A stretch of DNA of 64,000 nucleotides from Christensenella sp. (GCA_034926785.1 JAYFQU010000021.1:846-64845), one strand, 5' to 3'; counted from the stretch's first letter, positions 47,059 through 56,680 are shown. Notes: generated by a model from the letters alone, not told the origin. Made by a program: numbers and translations.

Positions 47059-47940
47059 ATGCAATCGATACAGGTCATTTGTCAGCCTGAGTTGGAAACC
47101 ATACGGCAGGTACGCGCGCTGGAGACCGTTTGCCGCGCGCACGACCATCGGGAGGGTTCGCTTTCTCTCAATCCCTCGCTCAATGCCTCGCCTCAGATGC
47201 CGTGTCTGATCACGCTGCGCGAGGATGACGCGCTCGTAGGCGCAATGACGTTTTTCGCGCCATCGCCGGAGGAAGCGGAGATCGTTGGCCTGACGCATCC
47301 CGATCATCGCAGAGCAGGCATCTTTCGCGCTCTGGCAAGCGAGGCGGCGCGCCAGGCGGCAGCGTTTGGTATCCCAAGCATGCTCTTTATCTGCGAGCCG
47401 CAGTCCACATCCGGCGTTGCGGCGGTTGCCGCCCTGGGAGCCACGCCCGCGCACACGGAATACAGCCTTTGCTATCAGCGCGACGGCGGTGACCGTCGCC
47501 TGGCCATTCCGCAAGGACTCACTTTGATCCGCGCGACGGAGGCGGATCTAGGCGCCATGTCGCGCATCAGCGCGGAGAGCTTTGCAGAATCCGCGGAGCA
47601 AGCATATCGGTTTCTGCTCAAGGCAATTGCTTCCGATCACCGTACGCAATATATCGCGCGTCTCAACGGGGAGCCGGTTGGCATCGGCTGCATCGGGTAT
47701 GAGGGCGGCGAGGCAACCATCTATGGCCTTGGTGTTTCCCCCGATCAGCAAGGCAATGGGATCGGGCGCGGCATCATTTCTCTGATGCTCGAAAAACTGC
47801 TGGCGAGCGGTATCGAGCGCATCCTCATTGAGGTAGACAATACCAACGCGAATGCGCTGCATCTCTATCTCTCCTGCGGGTTTATGCAGGAGTCGGTCTT
47901 CGACTATTATCGCGCGTCTGTCAAGTCGCTTTTGCGCTGA
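47059..47940 (+). CDS. Two-domain GNAT acetyltransferase
   Basis: HPDHRRAGIF and GVSPDQQGNGIG..EVD..N.NA..LY..CGF; AAGGAG RBS. Confidence 0.88.
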   Translation: MQSIQVICQPELETIRQVRALETVCRAHDHREGSLSLNPSLNASPQMPCLITLREDDALVGAMTFFAPSPEEAEIVGLTHPDHRRAGIFRALASEAARQAAAFGIPSMLFICEPQSTSGVAAVAALGATPAHTEYSLCYQRDGGDRRLAIPQGLTLIRATEADLGAMSRISAESFAESAEQAYRFLLKAIASDHRTQYIARLNGEPVGIGCIGYEGGEATIYGLGVSPDQQGNGIGRGIISLMLEKLLASGIERILIEVDNTNANALHLYLSCGFMQESVFDYYRASVKSLLR

Positions 47941-47946
47941 TTCGCT

Positions 47947-48948
47947 CTATCGCTTCTCCGATTCTGCGCTCCTGTTCGGGGCGCTTTTTCGCGTTGTCTC
48001 TGTCAGGAACGACAGCACCTCCGCGTTCGCGCGCTCCGGCTGCTCCAGCGGCAAGATGTGCCCCGCGTTTGGAATCACGATCAGTTCTGCCGTTGCGCCC
48101 TGGCTGCGCGCCAACCGCACCGCACGCTCCATCTCGTGTTGTTTGACAAGTCTGCTCTCCGCCCCGCGTAACCAGAGAGTCGGGCACGAAATTTCTCCTG
48201 CCTCGCGCAGCAGGTTCCAGCTGAGAGAAAACGGACGAATCGCGCCAATCTGCCAGTCGTCCAGATCCCGCTCGCCGCAGGTGTATTTTCCGTGGATCTC
48301 ATCCCTTAGGATGCGGGAGAGCCTGTCCGAATTGCTTGGCCTCGTACCCTTGGTGAATATGGAATTCATCAGCTTTTGCACCTTTGCAAGGTCATATTTG
48401 GCGTATTGCCGGCTCAGCAGGCGCAGCATTCCCGGGGTCTTCAGATAAAGCCAGGTAAGAAGCTGCCAATCCACACGATCGCCCAGACCGCCCGGCTCAA
48501 AGAGCGCCATCGCGCCGATCTGCTCCGGATGCTTTGCGGCATATGCAATCGCAAGTCCGCCGCCCATTGAAAGACCGACGATGCAGAAAAAGCGCAATCC
48601 CAGCTGTGCAAACGCATCCTCCAGAATCTCCATCAACCGCGTACGATCCAACTCGCCCTCCCAGGGACGGGAGCCGCCGTGGCGCGGCGTATCCAACGCA
48701 AACACATGAAAGCGCTCGCTCAGCGCCGGAAACATACTGTCCCAGATAAATCTGGATTCGTCATACATTGCCCCGTGCAGCAGCACGACAGCCGGGCGAT
48801 CCCGCTCCCCAGCCTCATATACGCGAACCGGCCCGCCCAAAACCGTGAGTTGCCGTTTCCGAACGCCCGGCGTCCCTTCGATACCGCCACAGAGTGCATT
48901 CTTTTTTGGTTCTCGTTCAGCTTCATCTACGCTCCCGTACACACCCAT
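47947..48948 (-). CDS. Alpha/beta hydrolase
   Basis: LLHG, PRHGGS, GLSMGG nucleophile elbow, NAGH. Confidence 0.88.
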   Translation of the reverse strand: MGVYGSVDEAEREPKKNALCGGIEGTPGVRKRQLTVLGGPVRVYEAGERDRPAVVLLHGAMYDESRFIWDSMFPALSERFHVFALDTPRHGGSRPWEGELDRTRLMEILEDAFAQLGLRFFCIVGLSMGGGLAIAYAAKHPEQIGAMALFEPGGLGDRVDWQLLTWLYLKTPGMLRLLSRQYAKYDLAKVQKLMNSIFTKGTRPSNSDRLSRILRDEIHGKYTCGERDLDDWQIGAIRPFSLSWNLLREAGEISCPTLWLRGAESRLVKQHEMERAVRLARSQGATAELIVIPNAGHILPLEQPERANAEVLSFLTETTRKSAPNRSAESEKR

Positions 48949-48952
48949 ATTC

Positions 48953-49555
48953 CTAGACTCCTTTCCCCGTTAAAAGCAGTTCCATTCGATCGATCCATAC
49001 GGAAAATCCGCGCTTTAACATCTCCGGCTCCGTCGTCCCGGCGTTGCGCATCTCCTCCAAAAATCCCTGCGACACCCAGAGGATCAGCTTTTGCGCATCC
49101 TGTGCCGAAATGTCGCCGCGTATTTTTGCATATGCCTCCTCCCGCACGGTTCCTACCCCGCGCCGCGCATACTCCGCCTGAACCAGCGCGTGCACAAACG
49201 GGTCGGCGTCAAACGCCGCAGCATACGAAAAGGCGTAGACCCAGGGCGAGCGGGAGAAGAGGCGCATCCGCGCGTCTACCGTTCGCCGCATGGCGTCAAA
49301 CACGTCCTCCTTCGCAAAGCTCCCCGCGCGCGCCTCGCTGTCCGCAGCGTATATTCCGTCCGCCGCCATGTGAAACGCCTCTCGATAGAGCCGCTCCTTT
49401 GTGCCAAAGTATTTAAATAGCACGCTCTTGGAAACCCCGGCTGCCTTCGCAATATCCTGCATGGAGGCCTTCTGATAACCAAATTTAGCAAACGCCTCGC
49501 AAGCGGCGTTGATGGCCGCCCCCCGCCGCCGCTCAACTTGATTGTCCTTTGGCAT
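48953..49555 (-). CDS. TetR/AcrR family regulator
   Basis: FAKFGYQKASMQDIAKAAGVSKSVLFKYFGTKERLY. Confidence 0.93.
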   Translation of the reverse strand: MPKDNQVERRRGAAINAACEAFAKFGYQKASMQDIAKAAGVSKSVLFKYFGTKERLYREAFHMAADGIYAADSEARAGSFAKEDVFDAMRRTVDARMRLFSRSPWVYAFSYAAAFDADPFVHALVQAEYARRGVGTVREEAYAKIRGDISAQDAQKLILWVSQGFLEEMRNAGTTEPEMLKRGFSVWIDRMELLLTGKGV

Positions 49556-49573
49556 ATCGTTACCCTCCCCGTC

Positions 49574-49600
49574 CTATCGTGACCGTTTCGGTCACGATAG
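49574..49600. promoter_or_regulatory. Palindromic candidate TetR operator
   Basis: CTATCGTGACCG-TTT-CGGTCACGATAG directly upstream of the tetR RBS. Confidence 0.65.
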
Positions 49601-49869
49601 AATGATAGCACCATCGCCCCTCTTTGCATAGTGGGAGCGTTCAGGCCCGTGAAAAATAAATCGGCATCCTTCTGGTCAGAATACAATCGCATCGTGTTTT
49701 CTCTCGACCAATGGTATAATAGGGACAGCATACTCTGATTTTGAGGGTCGGAAAGGAACGCGCATGGCATACGATATCAAGCCGCTGGCCGCGCCGTTTA
49801 CAAATCCATCGAATTACGCGAAAATGAAACAAGAGTGAACCTCCATCTTGATCAAAAAGGATCGTCTGA

Positions 49870-50652
49870 ATGAAACAATACGTCATCCAACACGGCGGCT
49901 ATGCCGTCTTCTATCACGACCTTCCCGGTGAGACCCCGCCGCTGGTCTTCTTGCACGGGCTTGGCTGCACCAGTTCCTTTGAATACCCCGCCGTCATGTC
50001 CGACCCTGCGTTGCGTGGGCGCAGAGCGCTGTTAATCGACCTGCTCGGTGCGGGATACAGCGAGCGGCCGCTGGAATTTAGCTACACCGTCGAGGATCAT
50101 GCCGCGTATCTTTACGAGATGCTTGTCCGGCTTGATCTGGCAGGTATCATCCTCTTTGGGCATAGCCTCGGCGGCGCGGTCGCCATCTGCCTCGCCGGGC
50201 TGCTGAAAGATCGCCTCCGGCAGCTCATCTTGACGGAGTCGAATCTGGATCCTAGTCCGGCCGGCGCGACGAGCCGAATGATCGGTTCGCAGCCGTATGA
50301 TGCGTTTCTCGCGCATGGATATGCGGAAATGCTCGCCCACGCAAGCCGTCTATATCCGCTCTGGGCCGCGACGCTTGGGCACTGGCTGCCGGAGGCAGCC
50401 TGGCGTATCTCCCGCTCCGCCATACGGGGCGGAACGCCGTCCTGGCGGCAGCAGCTCTACGATCTAAAGCAGCCAAAGGCGTTTTTCTTCGGCGAACGCA
50501 GCTTGCCAGACCCGGATGTTGACCTGCTGCGACAGGCGGGCGTTCGCGTGGAAGTCATTCCAAACGCGGGGCACTCCATGGCGCTGGAACAGCCGTCCGC
50601 GCTGGCGCAAGTCATCGCCCGCGTGATAGCGGACGTGGAGGAAACGATATGA
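49870..50652 (+). CDS. Alpha/beta hydrolase
   Basis: FLHGLG, DLLGAGYS, GHSLGG, NAGHSM. Confidence 0.88.
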   Translation: MKQYVIQHGGYAVFYHDLPGETPPLVFLHGLGCTSSFEYPAVMSDPALRGRRALLIDLLGAGYSERPLEFSYTVEDHAAYLYEMLVRLDLAGIILFGHSLGGAVAICLAGLLKDRLRQLILTESNLDPSPAGATSRMIGSQPYDAFLAHGYAEMLAHASRLYPLWAATLGHWLPEAAWRISRSAIRGGTPSWRQQLYDLKQPKAFFFGERSLPDPDVDLLRQAGVRVEVIPNAGHSMALEQPSALAQVIARVIADVEETI

Positions 50653-51203
50653 CCCGCATGATCGCGCTGCTGCGCGGCATAAACGTTGGCACGGGAAACC
50701 GCATCCGCATGGATGCGCTCCGCAAACTCTTTCAAGAGGCGGGGTTTTCCGGTGTGGAAACCTATATCCAGAGTGGAAATGTACTGTTTTCAACCGATGC
50801 GCCGGAGGTCGCCGTGCGGGATACGATCGTGCGTGTTCTGTTGGAAGGCGCGCAGATTAAAACCACCGTAGCTTTGCGCAGTGCGGAGGAGCTCGCCGCC
50901 ATCGTATTGAATTGTCCGTTTTCAAACGAGGAGATTGCGTCGGCACAGCATGATAATGTTGAGGGTGAAAGTTTTTATGTTTACCTTTTGCCGCAAGCGC
51001 CCACGCCGGAGACGCTCCCGACGCTTGCGTCGCTTCCTCAGGGGCCGGATCGGTTTGTAATCATCGGGCGGGACGTTTATTTGTTACTGCGCCAAAGCGT
51101 CCGCAACTCCAAACTGGCGATCAAACTCCAAAAAACGTTTCCCGAAGCAACGGCTCGAAACTGGAACACAATCACTCAGTTGTATCAACATTCTAACCAG
51201 TAG
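50649..51203 (+). CDS. DUF1697 domain protein
   Basis: IALLRGINVG..I.M..L..TYIQSGNVLF..TARNWNT. Confidence 0.88.
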   Translation: MTRMIALLRGINVGTGNRIRMDALRKLFQEAGFSGVETYIQSGNVLFSTDAPEVAVRDTIVRVLLEGAQIKTTVALRSAEELAAIVLNCPFSNEEIASAQHDNVEGESFYVYLLPQAPTPETLPTLASLPQGPDRFVIIGRDVYLLLRQSVRNSKLAIKLQKTFPEATARNWNTITQLYQHSNQ

Positions 51204-51217
51204 TCCGGAGGGTTCGC

Positions 51218-51718
51218 ATGGATTCTGGCAAGCTTTCGCTGGGCAATTGCATCACGGCATATTGCCGCGCTGTTCGGGCGGATGATCTTCCCCGCGCATA
51301 CCGCGGCATACTGTCCGCGCTTCTGTCATTCAAGACAGGATGGGAAGCGGCGCACCCGGAGGATAGCGTCGGTTCGCTCTATCAAGGCTATCTGGATATG
51401 AGCTTTGTCGCCGTTGCCCCCGCTGCTTTTCGCGCGCGGCGTCTGAAGATTTCGCTCGTGTTTCTTCATGCCGAGGGGACGTTTTCGCTCTGGCTCACGG
51501 CGGGCAACCGCATCATTCAGGCGCAGACCGCGGAAGAACTGGCGCAAAAGCCGCTCGGCACATATTCGCTTTCCAGTTTAAAGCCCGGCGTGGACGCCAT
51601 CCTCTCGCAGGAGGTTCCCCCGCCCTACGCTTTTGATGAACCGGAGCGGCTCACCGCGCGCCTGATCGATGCGGCGGAGCGTTTCTTTTTTGACATGAAA
51701 TCCCTTCTGGAGGCATAG
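51218..51718 (+). CDS. Hypothetical conserved protein
   Basis: GGAGG RBS; LYQGYLDMSF..LKI..VFLH..F.LWL..N pattern; function unknown. Confidence 0.7.
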   Translation: MDSGKLSLGNCITAYCRAVRADDLPRAYRGILSALLSFKTGWEAAHPEDSVGSLYQGYLDMSFVAVAPAAFRARRLKISLVFLHAEGTFSLWLTAGNRIIQAQTAEELAQKPLGTYSLSSLKPGVDAILSQEVPPPYAFDEPERLTARLIDAAERFFFDMKSLLEA

Positions 51719-51724
51719 CAGAGA

Positions 51725-52183
51725 ATGGAACTGGAGATTCGCGCGATTCGGGAGGAAGAATTGCCGCAGGCGCTAGCGCTCGTAAAGCGCGTGTTTTTGC
51801 AATACGAGGCCCCGGATTATTCCAACCAGGGCGTCGATACCTTCCTCGCCTTTTTGCAGGATCGGGCGAAGGTCTCCGAGTTGAAACCGCTTGGCGCGTT
51901 TGCAGCGGGGCAAATCGTCGGCGTGTTGGCCATGCGCGGCGCGAGCCATATCTCGCTGTTTTTTGTTGAGAGCGCCATGCAGGGAAAAGGTGTAGGCCGC
52001 GCATTGTTTTCCGCCGCGCGCGCAGCCTGCCCCCGCGATATGATGACCGTCAATTCCTCTCCATATGCCGTGGAAATCTACAAGCGCCTTGGCTTCTCGC
52101 CGCTGAGCACGGAGCAGGAGGCGGATGGAATCCGTTTTACCCCGATGAAGTGCATCCTGATTTCGGGAGGCGATGCGCAATGA
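51725..52183 (+). CDS. GNAT acetyltransferase
   Basis: HISLFFV..QGKGVGRALF..TVNSSPYAVEIYKRLGF..GIRFTPM. Confidence 0.9.
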   Translation: MELEIRAIREEELPQALALVKRVFLQYEAPDYSNQGVDTFLAFLQDRAKVSELKPLGAFAAGQIVGVLAMRGASHISLFFVESAMQGKGVGRALFSAARAACPRDMMTVNSSPYAVEIYKRLGFSPLSTEQEADGIRFTPMKCILISGGDAQ

Positions 52184-52785
52184 ACGATACGATCCTCTCT
52201 TCGATCACGCCTGACAACGCTGCCGTTTTTGCGGAGGCGCTCACTGCGGCGGATATCGCGCCGCTGGTTGAGCGGCTCGCCAGCCAGGAGGACAAGATTC
52301 GCTACCCTGCGTTTTTGCTCCTTCGCGCCCGCTCCGCCATCGCAAACGATCTATCCCCTTATTGGGATCTGCTCGCGGAGAAGCTAACAAGCGCCAACTC
52401 CTATCAGCGCAGCATCGGTGCTATGCTGCTTGCCGCCAACGCGCGGTGGGGCGACACGGAGCGCATACGCGCCGTGCTGCCCGCCTACTTTGCCCTGCTG
52501 AATGACGAAAAGCCCATCACCGTTCGTCAGAGCGTCCAGGCTTTGCCGCAGGTGCTCTCTGCGCATCCGCTGTTGGCGGACGATATCTCAAAGGCTTTGA
52601 TGCGGATCGACCTGATGCAGGTTAAGGAAACCATGCGAAAGCTTATACTGGCGGATGTGATCGAGGCGCTGCTCGCAGCGCGGGAGATTTCGCCAAACGC
52701 CTCGATTGAGGAATATCTCTTCTCCGCGCTCAACGGCGGGATTCTTGACGAAAAGACTAAAAAGCAGTTACAAAAGCGCATTTAG
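52180..52785 (+). CDS. Hypothetical alpha-helical (HEAT-like) protein
   Basis: ATGA overlap; NSYQRSIG..LAANARW..DEKPITVRQ. Confidence 0.65.
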   Translation: MNDTILSSITPDNAAVFAEALTAADIAPLVERLASQEDKIRYPAFLLLRARSAIANDLSPYWDLLAEKLTSANSYQRSIGAMLLAANARWGDTERIRAVLPAYFALLNDEKPITVRQSVQALPQVLSAHPLLADDISKALMRIDLMQVKETMRKLILADVIEALLAAREISPNASIEEYLFSALNGGILDEKTKKQLQKRI

Positions 52786-52816
52786 CGCAATTTTTCATCA
52801 AAGGAGCGTGCGTTTT

Positions 52817-53491
52817 GTGAACCAAAAAGCGAATTTTTATATCGTCCGCGTGCTGTCGCAGCGGGTCATTGGTTTTCTATTATTCTTCTTCTTTGCCCGC
52901 TGGGTGCCCAGCGTACGATCCATGGTCTATTTTTCGCTTTATTTCGTCTTTGCCATCGTCTCGCTTGCCATGGTGCGCAGCGTCAGTCCGGCAACGCTCG
53001 CGGCGCGCGGCAGACTGGGGGATAACACGCCCGTATGGGATAGAATCCTGCTCGCGTTCTATTGGCTGCTGACATATTTTGTTATCTACATCCTTGCGGG
53101 ATTGGAGGCAAGCCGCGCGCCCGCGCTTGGTTGGGTGTTCGGCGTTGGCGTCCTGTTGCAGGTTGCCGCCTCGCTGCTAACGCTCTGGGCGGTTCGTGTC
53201 AATCCTTTTTTGGAGTCCAGCGCGCGAATTCAAAGGGATCGCTGCCAGTCGGTATGCAATTGCGGCCCATACAGCGCGATTCGCCACCCTACCTATGCCG
53301 CCATTCTTCTTTGGTGCGTCGGCGTTTCTCTTGTATTTGAAACATTGTTTACCGCCGTATGCGCAGGCGTAATCGCAATTCTCGTCATCCTGCGCACCGT
53401 GCTGGAAGACCGCATGCTGCGCGCCGAGCTTGCCGGATATCAGGCATATGCCGCTCAGGTCAAGCATCGCCTGATTCCGTATATCTGGTAG
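52817..53491 (+). CDS. Isoprenylcysteine carboxyl methyltransferase / PEMT family membrane protein
   Basis: TMs; NPF..RIQ..GPYSAIRHPTY..EDRML..EL.GY..Y..RLIPYIW. Confidence 0.85.
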   Translation: MNQKANFYIVRVLSQRVIGFLLFFFFARWVPSVRSMVYFSLYFVFAIVSLAMVRSVSPATLAARGRLGDNTPVWDRILLAFYWLLTYFVIYILAGLEASRAPALGWVFGVGVLLQVAASLLTLWAVRVNPFLESSARIQRDRCQSVCNCGPYSAIRHPTYAAILLWCVGVSLVFETLFTAVCAGVIAILVILRTVLEDRMLRAELAGYQAYAAQVKHRLIPYIW

Positions 53492-53509
53492 TCGTGCAAC
53501 GATGCAAAG

Positions 53510-53759
53510 CAGCGGCCATCGTCAGATGGCCGCTGCATGCCTGTCAAAAAAAAGTCCCGGGATTGTTAAGGGCCGCCGCCCTTAACCCATTGGTTCCGGC
53601 TGCGGTGGCTTTGCCACCGCGACGGATCGCCCGTGATCGGGCGGTTTCTTCGCAGTTCTTTGCCGTTCGGAGTCCGGAGGACGAGAGGCAAAGAGCGGCT
53701 GCCCCGGCAAAAAACTTGTTTTTTGCCGGCCTCCAGCGGCCATCGTCAGATGGCCGCTG
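53510..53759. repeat. 250-bp multi-hairpin element bounded by two identical 26-bp palindromes
   Basis: CAGCGGCCATCGTCAGATGGCCGCTG at 53510-53535 and 53734-53759; five internal stem-loops. Confidence 0.85.
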
Positions 53760-53780
53760 ATGTTTTTTATACGGAATCCA

Positions 53781-54764
53781 TTACCCTTTTTTCTTGGTGG
53801 TCTTCTTCGCCGTGCTCTTCTTGGCAGTGCTTGATTTGGCGCCGGAGCTCTTTCTCGTGGAGGAGGACTTCTTCGGGCTGCTCTTTTGCGAATCATCGCC
53901 AAAAAGGCTTCCAAGCAGCGCGCCGCCAAGGCTTGCAGCGCTGTTGTTACTGCCGCCACCGCCACCTAAGAGCGAACCAAGCAATTCACCGCCGAGCGAG
54001 GAGCCGGAGTTATGATTGCTGTTACCGCCGCCCAACAGCGAACCGAGCAGATCGCCGCCGTTATCGTTGTTGTCATCATCACCGGCATCCGAAAGCAGCG
54101 AGCCCAGCAAAGATCCCATGCCTGAGCCGCCGTTGCCGCCAGAAGAGGAGCCGTTTGAGCCAAGCAGGGAGCCAAGCAGCGCGCCGCCAAGCGAGGAGCC
54201 GGACTGATGATTGCTTCCGCCGCCAAGCAGATTCCCCAGCAGAGAACCCGCCGCGTCGCTTGTTCCGCTGCCAAGTAGGCTGCCAATCAGCGAACCGGAA
54301 CCGGAACCCCCGCCAAGCAGAGAGCCAAGGATGGAGCCGATGCCGCCAGCGTTTCCCTGGTTCTGCTGACCCAGCAAAGAGAGAAGAAGCGGAGCTAGCT
54401 GCAGCAGGATCGACGTGGTCTGTCCCTTTTCCAATCCCGCTTTTTTGGAGAGCGCAGAGACGGTCTTGTTTGTGTTGTCGCCAAACAGATGTTGGAGGAT
54501 CTTTGCGCTGTCGGTTTGATCCACGCCGGAGAGAAAAGATTTCACATCCGTGGAGTCGTTCGCCGCATGGTCATTGAGCGCCTGGGTCAGCGCCTGTTCG
54601 CCCTTATGGGTGCTCGCGTTTTGCTGCATGCCTTCGAGCATCAGCGGAAGCGCCGCGCCAATGACGGACTCCACTTGGGATTTTTTCGCGCCGCTGCTTT
54701 TGCTCAGCGTGCCAACGGCATCGTTACCCAGAATGGTTTCGAGCAAGGTGTCTGTGTAGTTCAT
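53781..54764 (-). CDS. DUF937 domain protein with Gly-rich repeats and Lys/Ser-rich tail
   Basis: AALPLML..NAS..G..AL..AL..H..KILQHLFG..LAPLLLSLLG; repeated LGSLLGGG. Confidence 0.8.
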   Translation of the reverse strand: MNYTDTLLETILGNDAVGTLSKSSGAKKSQVESVIGAALPLMLEGMQQNASTHKGEQALTQALNDHAANDSTDVKSFLSGVDQTDSAKILQHLFGDNTNKTVSALSKKAGLEKGQTTSILLQLAPLLLSLLGQQNQGNAGGIGSILGSLLGGGSGSGSLIGSLLGSGTSDAAGSLLGNLLGGGSNHQSGSSLGGALLGSLLGSNGSSSGGNGGSGMGSLLGSLLSDAGDDDNNDNGGDLLGSLLGGGNSNHNSGSSLGGELLGSLLGGGGGSNNSAASLGGALLGSLFGDDSQKSSPKKSSSTRKSSGAKSSTAKKSTAKKTTKKKG

Positions 54765-54901
54765 AGGTTTCTCCCTTTCCTGTACAATTCAATCTTCATA
54801 AAGTCGTTCCTGCGTGGCTATTATAGTCAGTCCGCGTCACACATTCCGTGACAATGTATGATAATCACTTTAAAATGTGATGAAACGCAAAGAAAACAAT
54901 C

Positions 54902-56680
54902 CTAGTCTGCTTCGTCCTTGAGATAGATGGTTATAAATTGAAATTGTTTCGGTTGCAAATGATAGTTTCGCACAAATTCCGTCGCGCCAAAGTGCGCATT
55001 ACCATTGAACACCAAATCGGTAGAGAGCTGCACAAGCATATCCGGCGTCCGCCCCGGGTTTGCCGCATAGTAGGCGGCAAGCCATTTGGAATCCAGCCGC
55101 ATGTTGAAGGCGGAGGGCGTCGCCGCCTTAAGATCGGTCAGAAGATATCCCTCCGGGAAAAGATAGGAGACCAGCAGCGAGCCTGTTTCAGGCGCATTCT
55201 CGCGAATGGCAGAAACCATATCATGGTGTTGCTGCGCGCTCTCCGGCGTGGTGCGGATTCCCTTTCCCGCGCCGGAGTCCATCGTTGCGGTGAGCTTCGT
55301 GATCGGTTCGTCACGATACACCCCCATGATTCGATGCGCGCAGATGGAAACCACAAACAGCGCGACGAGCGCATATGCCGAAAAAACGAGCAGCCGTTCG
55401 AGGCGGAGCGCGGGCTGCATGCGGGTGTGCCGCGTGTGTTCCGCGTGGACGCTGAAGATCGCAATTTGATTGTCAAACAGATATAACGCCGTTGCCATCG
55501 ACGCGGGCAAGAGCATACCGGAGGAGGCAAGAATGCGCGTATTGCTGCCAATCTGCGCCGCAACCGAAATTGAGCATCCAACGGCATAAAGCAGCAGCGC
55601 GCGGTTCTCCGCGCCGTCCGCAACCAAATAGATCCCCGGCGCAATCAGCGCCAGCCCCATCGCCACCATGTTCATTCGATAGTACAACGGCCAGTCATAG
55701 GTTGAGGCATGAATCGTGATGCCAGCAATCAGCACGATCGTAAACACCGCGCAAATCAAATGCAGCCACTCCCGTACGCGTGTCTGCCTCGCGAGCCGGT
55801 ACGCCCCTCCCAGCAGTACGAGCGCCGCCGCGCCATAGCTATACGGCGCATACATCACACGGATGGCGTTGAGATATTGCGCTAGGATTCGGAGTACGTT
55901 CACGCTCTGATGATCCGGGTCGGAGAACATACCCCTGGCGCCAAGCAACAATTCGGAGATCGTCGCGCGGGACAGCATAAATGCGATCATAGCGCCCGCA
56001 ATGAGAGCCGCACCCGCGAAAAACCAGCCCAATCCAGCTAAATATCGTTTCTCCGGCCTTGTTTTTCGCGCACGCAAAATCCAATAGACGAGATAGACGG
56101 GCAGAGCAAGCATAACATAGGGAAACGCCAACACCGAAAGCGCGAAGCACGCACCGGATAGCGCGGCTAACCCGCCGCCATACCGCGTCCGCTCTTCAAA
56201 GAGGAATAAAAGCAGTACGGCTAACACGCTGTAGAGCGTCGCCATGGAATCATAGAAGTAACTGTTGATCGCATAATGCGAATAGCCCAGCAGCATCAAT
56301 GCCGCAAGCAGGGCGGGAACATTCCCGCTCTTGTTTCGAAGCGCGAAGAACGCCGCCAAGCTGACGCCAAACTGGAACGACACATAAAAATAGCGCAAGA
56401 AAAGCACGGAGCCATCCATGCTTCCGCCGTTCAGCAGGCGGTAGGCGCCGAGCACCGGCGCCGCCAGCATGCCGGAGAATTGATGCACCTCCCAGGTATC
56501 AACCAGCGGGCGATCCCCCTGTAACAAGCGATATCCTACCACGCTGTAGTATTCCTCATCTGTCCAGTCGTAACCAAAGGGCACGCGCCATAGCAGCAGC
56601 AAAAAGAAAACAGCTAACAGTAAAACGCATAAAATCGTCTTCCTGTCAGCCGTTCGGTTGTGTACGATATTCTGTTCCAT
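54902..56680 (-). CDS. Polytopic membrane protein, GT-C (PMT/ArnT-like) glycosyltransferase-like
   Basis: TDEEYY after TM1, more than 10 TM helices, extracellular C-terminal domain. Confidence 0.6.
   Translation of the reverse strand: MEQNIVHNRTADRKTILCVLLLAVFFLLLLWRVPFGYDWTDEEYYSVVGYRLLQGDRPLVDTWEVHQFSGMLAAPVLGAYRLLNGGSMDGSVLFLRYFYVSFQFGVSLAAFFALRNKSGNVPALLAALMLLGYSHYAINSYFYDSMATLYSVLAVLLLFLFEERTRYGGGLAALSGACFALSVLAFPYVMLALPVYLVYWILRARKTRPEKRYLAGLGWFFAGAALIAGAMIAFMLSRATISELLLGARGMFSDPDHQSVNVLRILAQYLNAIRVMYAPYSYGAAALVLLGGAYRLARQTRVREWLHLICAVFTIVLIAGITIHASTYDWPLYYRMNMVAMGLALIAPGIYLVADGAENRALLLYAVGCSISVAAQIGSNTRILASSGMLLPASMATALYLFDNQIAIFSVHAEHTRHTRMQPALRLERLLVFSAYALVALFVVSICAHRIMGVYRDEPITKLTATMDSGAGKGIRTTPESAQQHHDMVSAIRENAPETGSLLVSYLFPEGYLLTDLKAATPSAFNMRLDSKWLAAYYAANPGRTPDMLVQLSTDLVFNGNAHFGATEFVRNYHLQPKQFQFITIYLKDEAD

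Noticed and set aside
44132-53491. Integron cassette array
   Set aside because: No intI and no recurring attC-like sites in the spacers; several genes overlap by ATGA.
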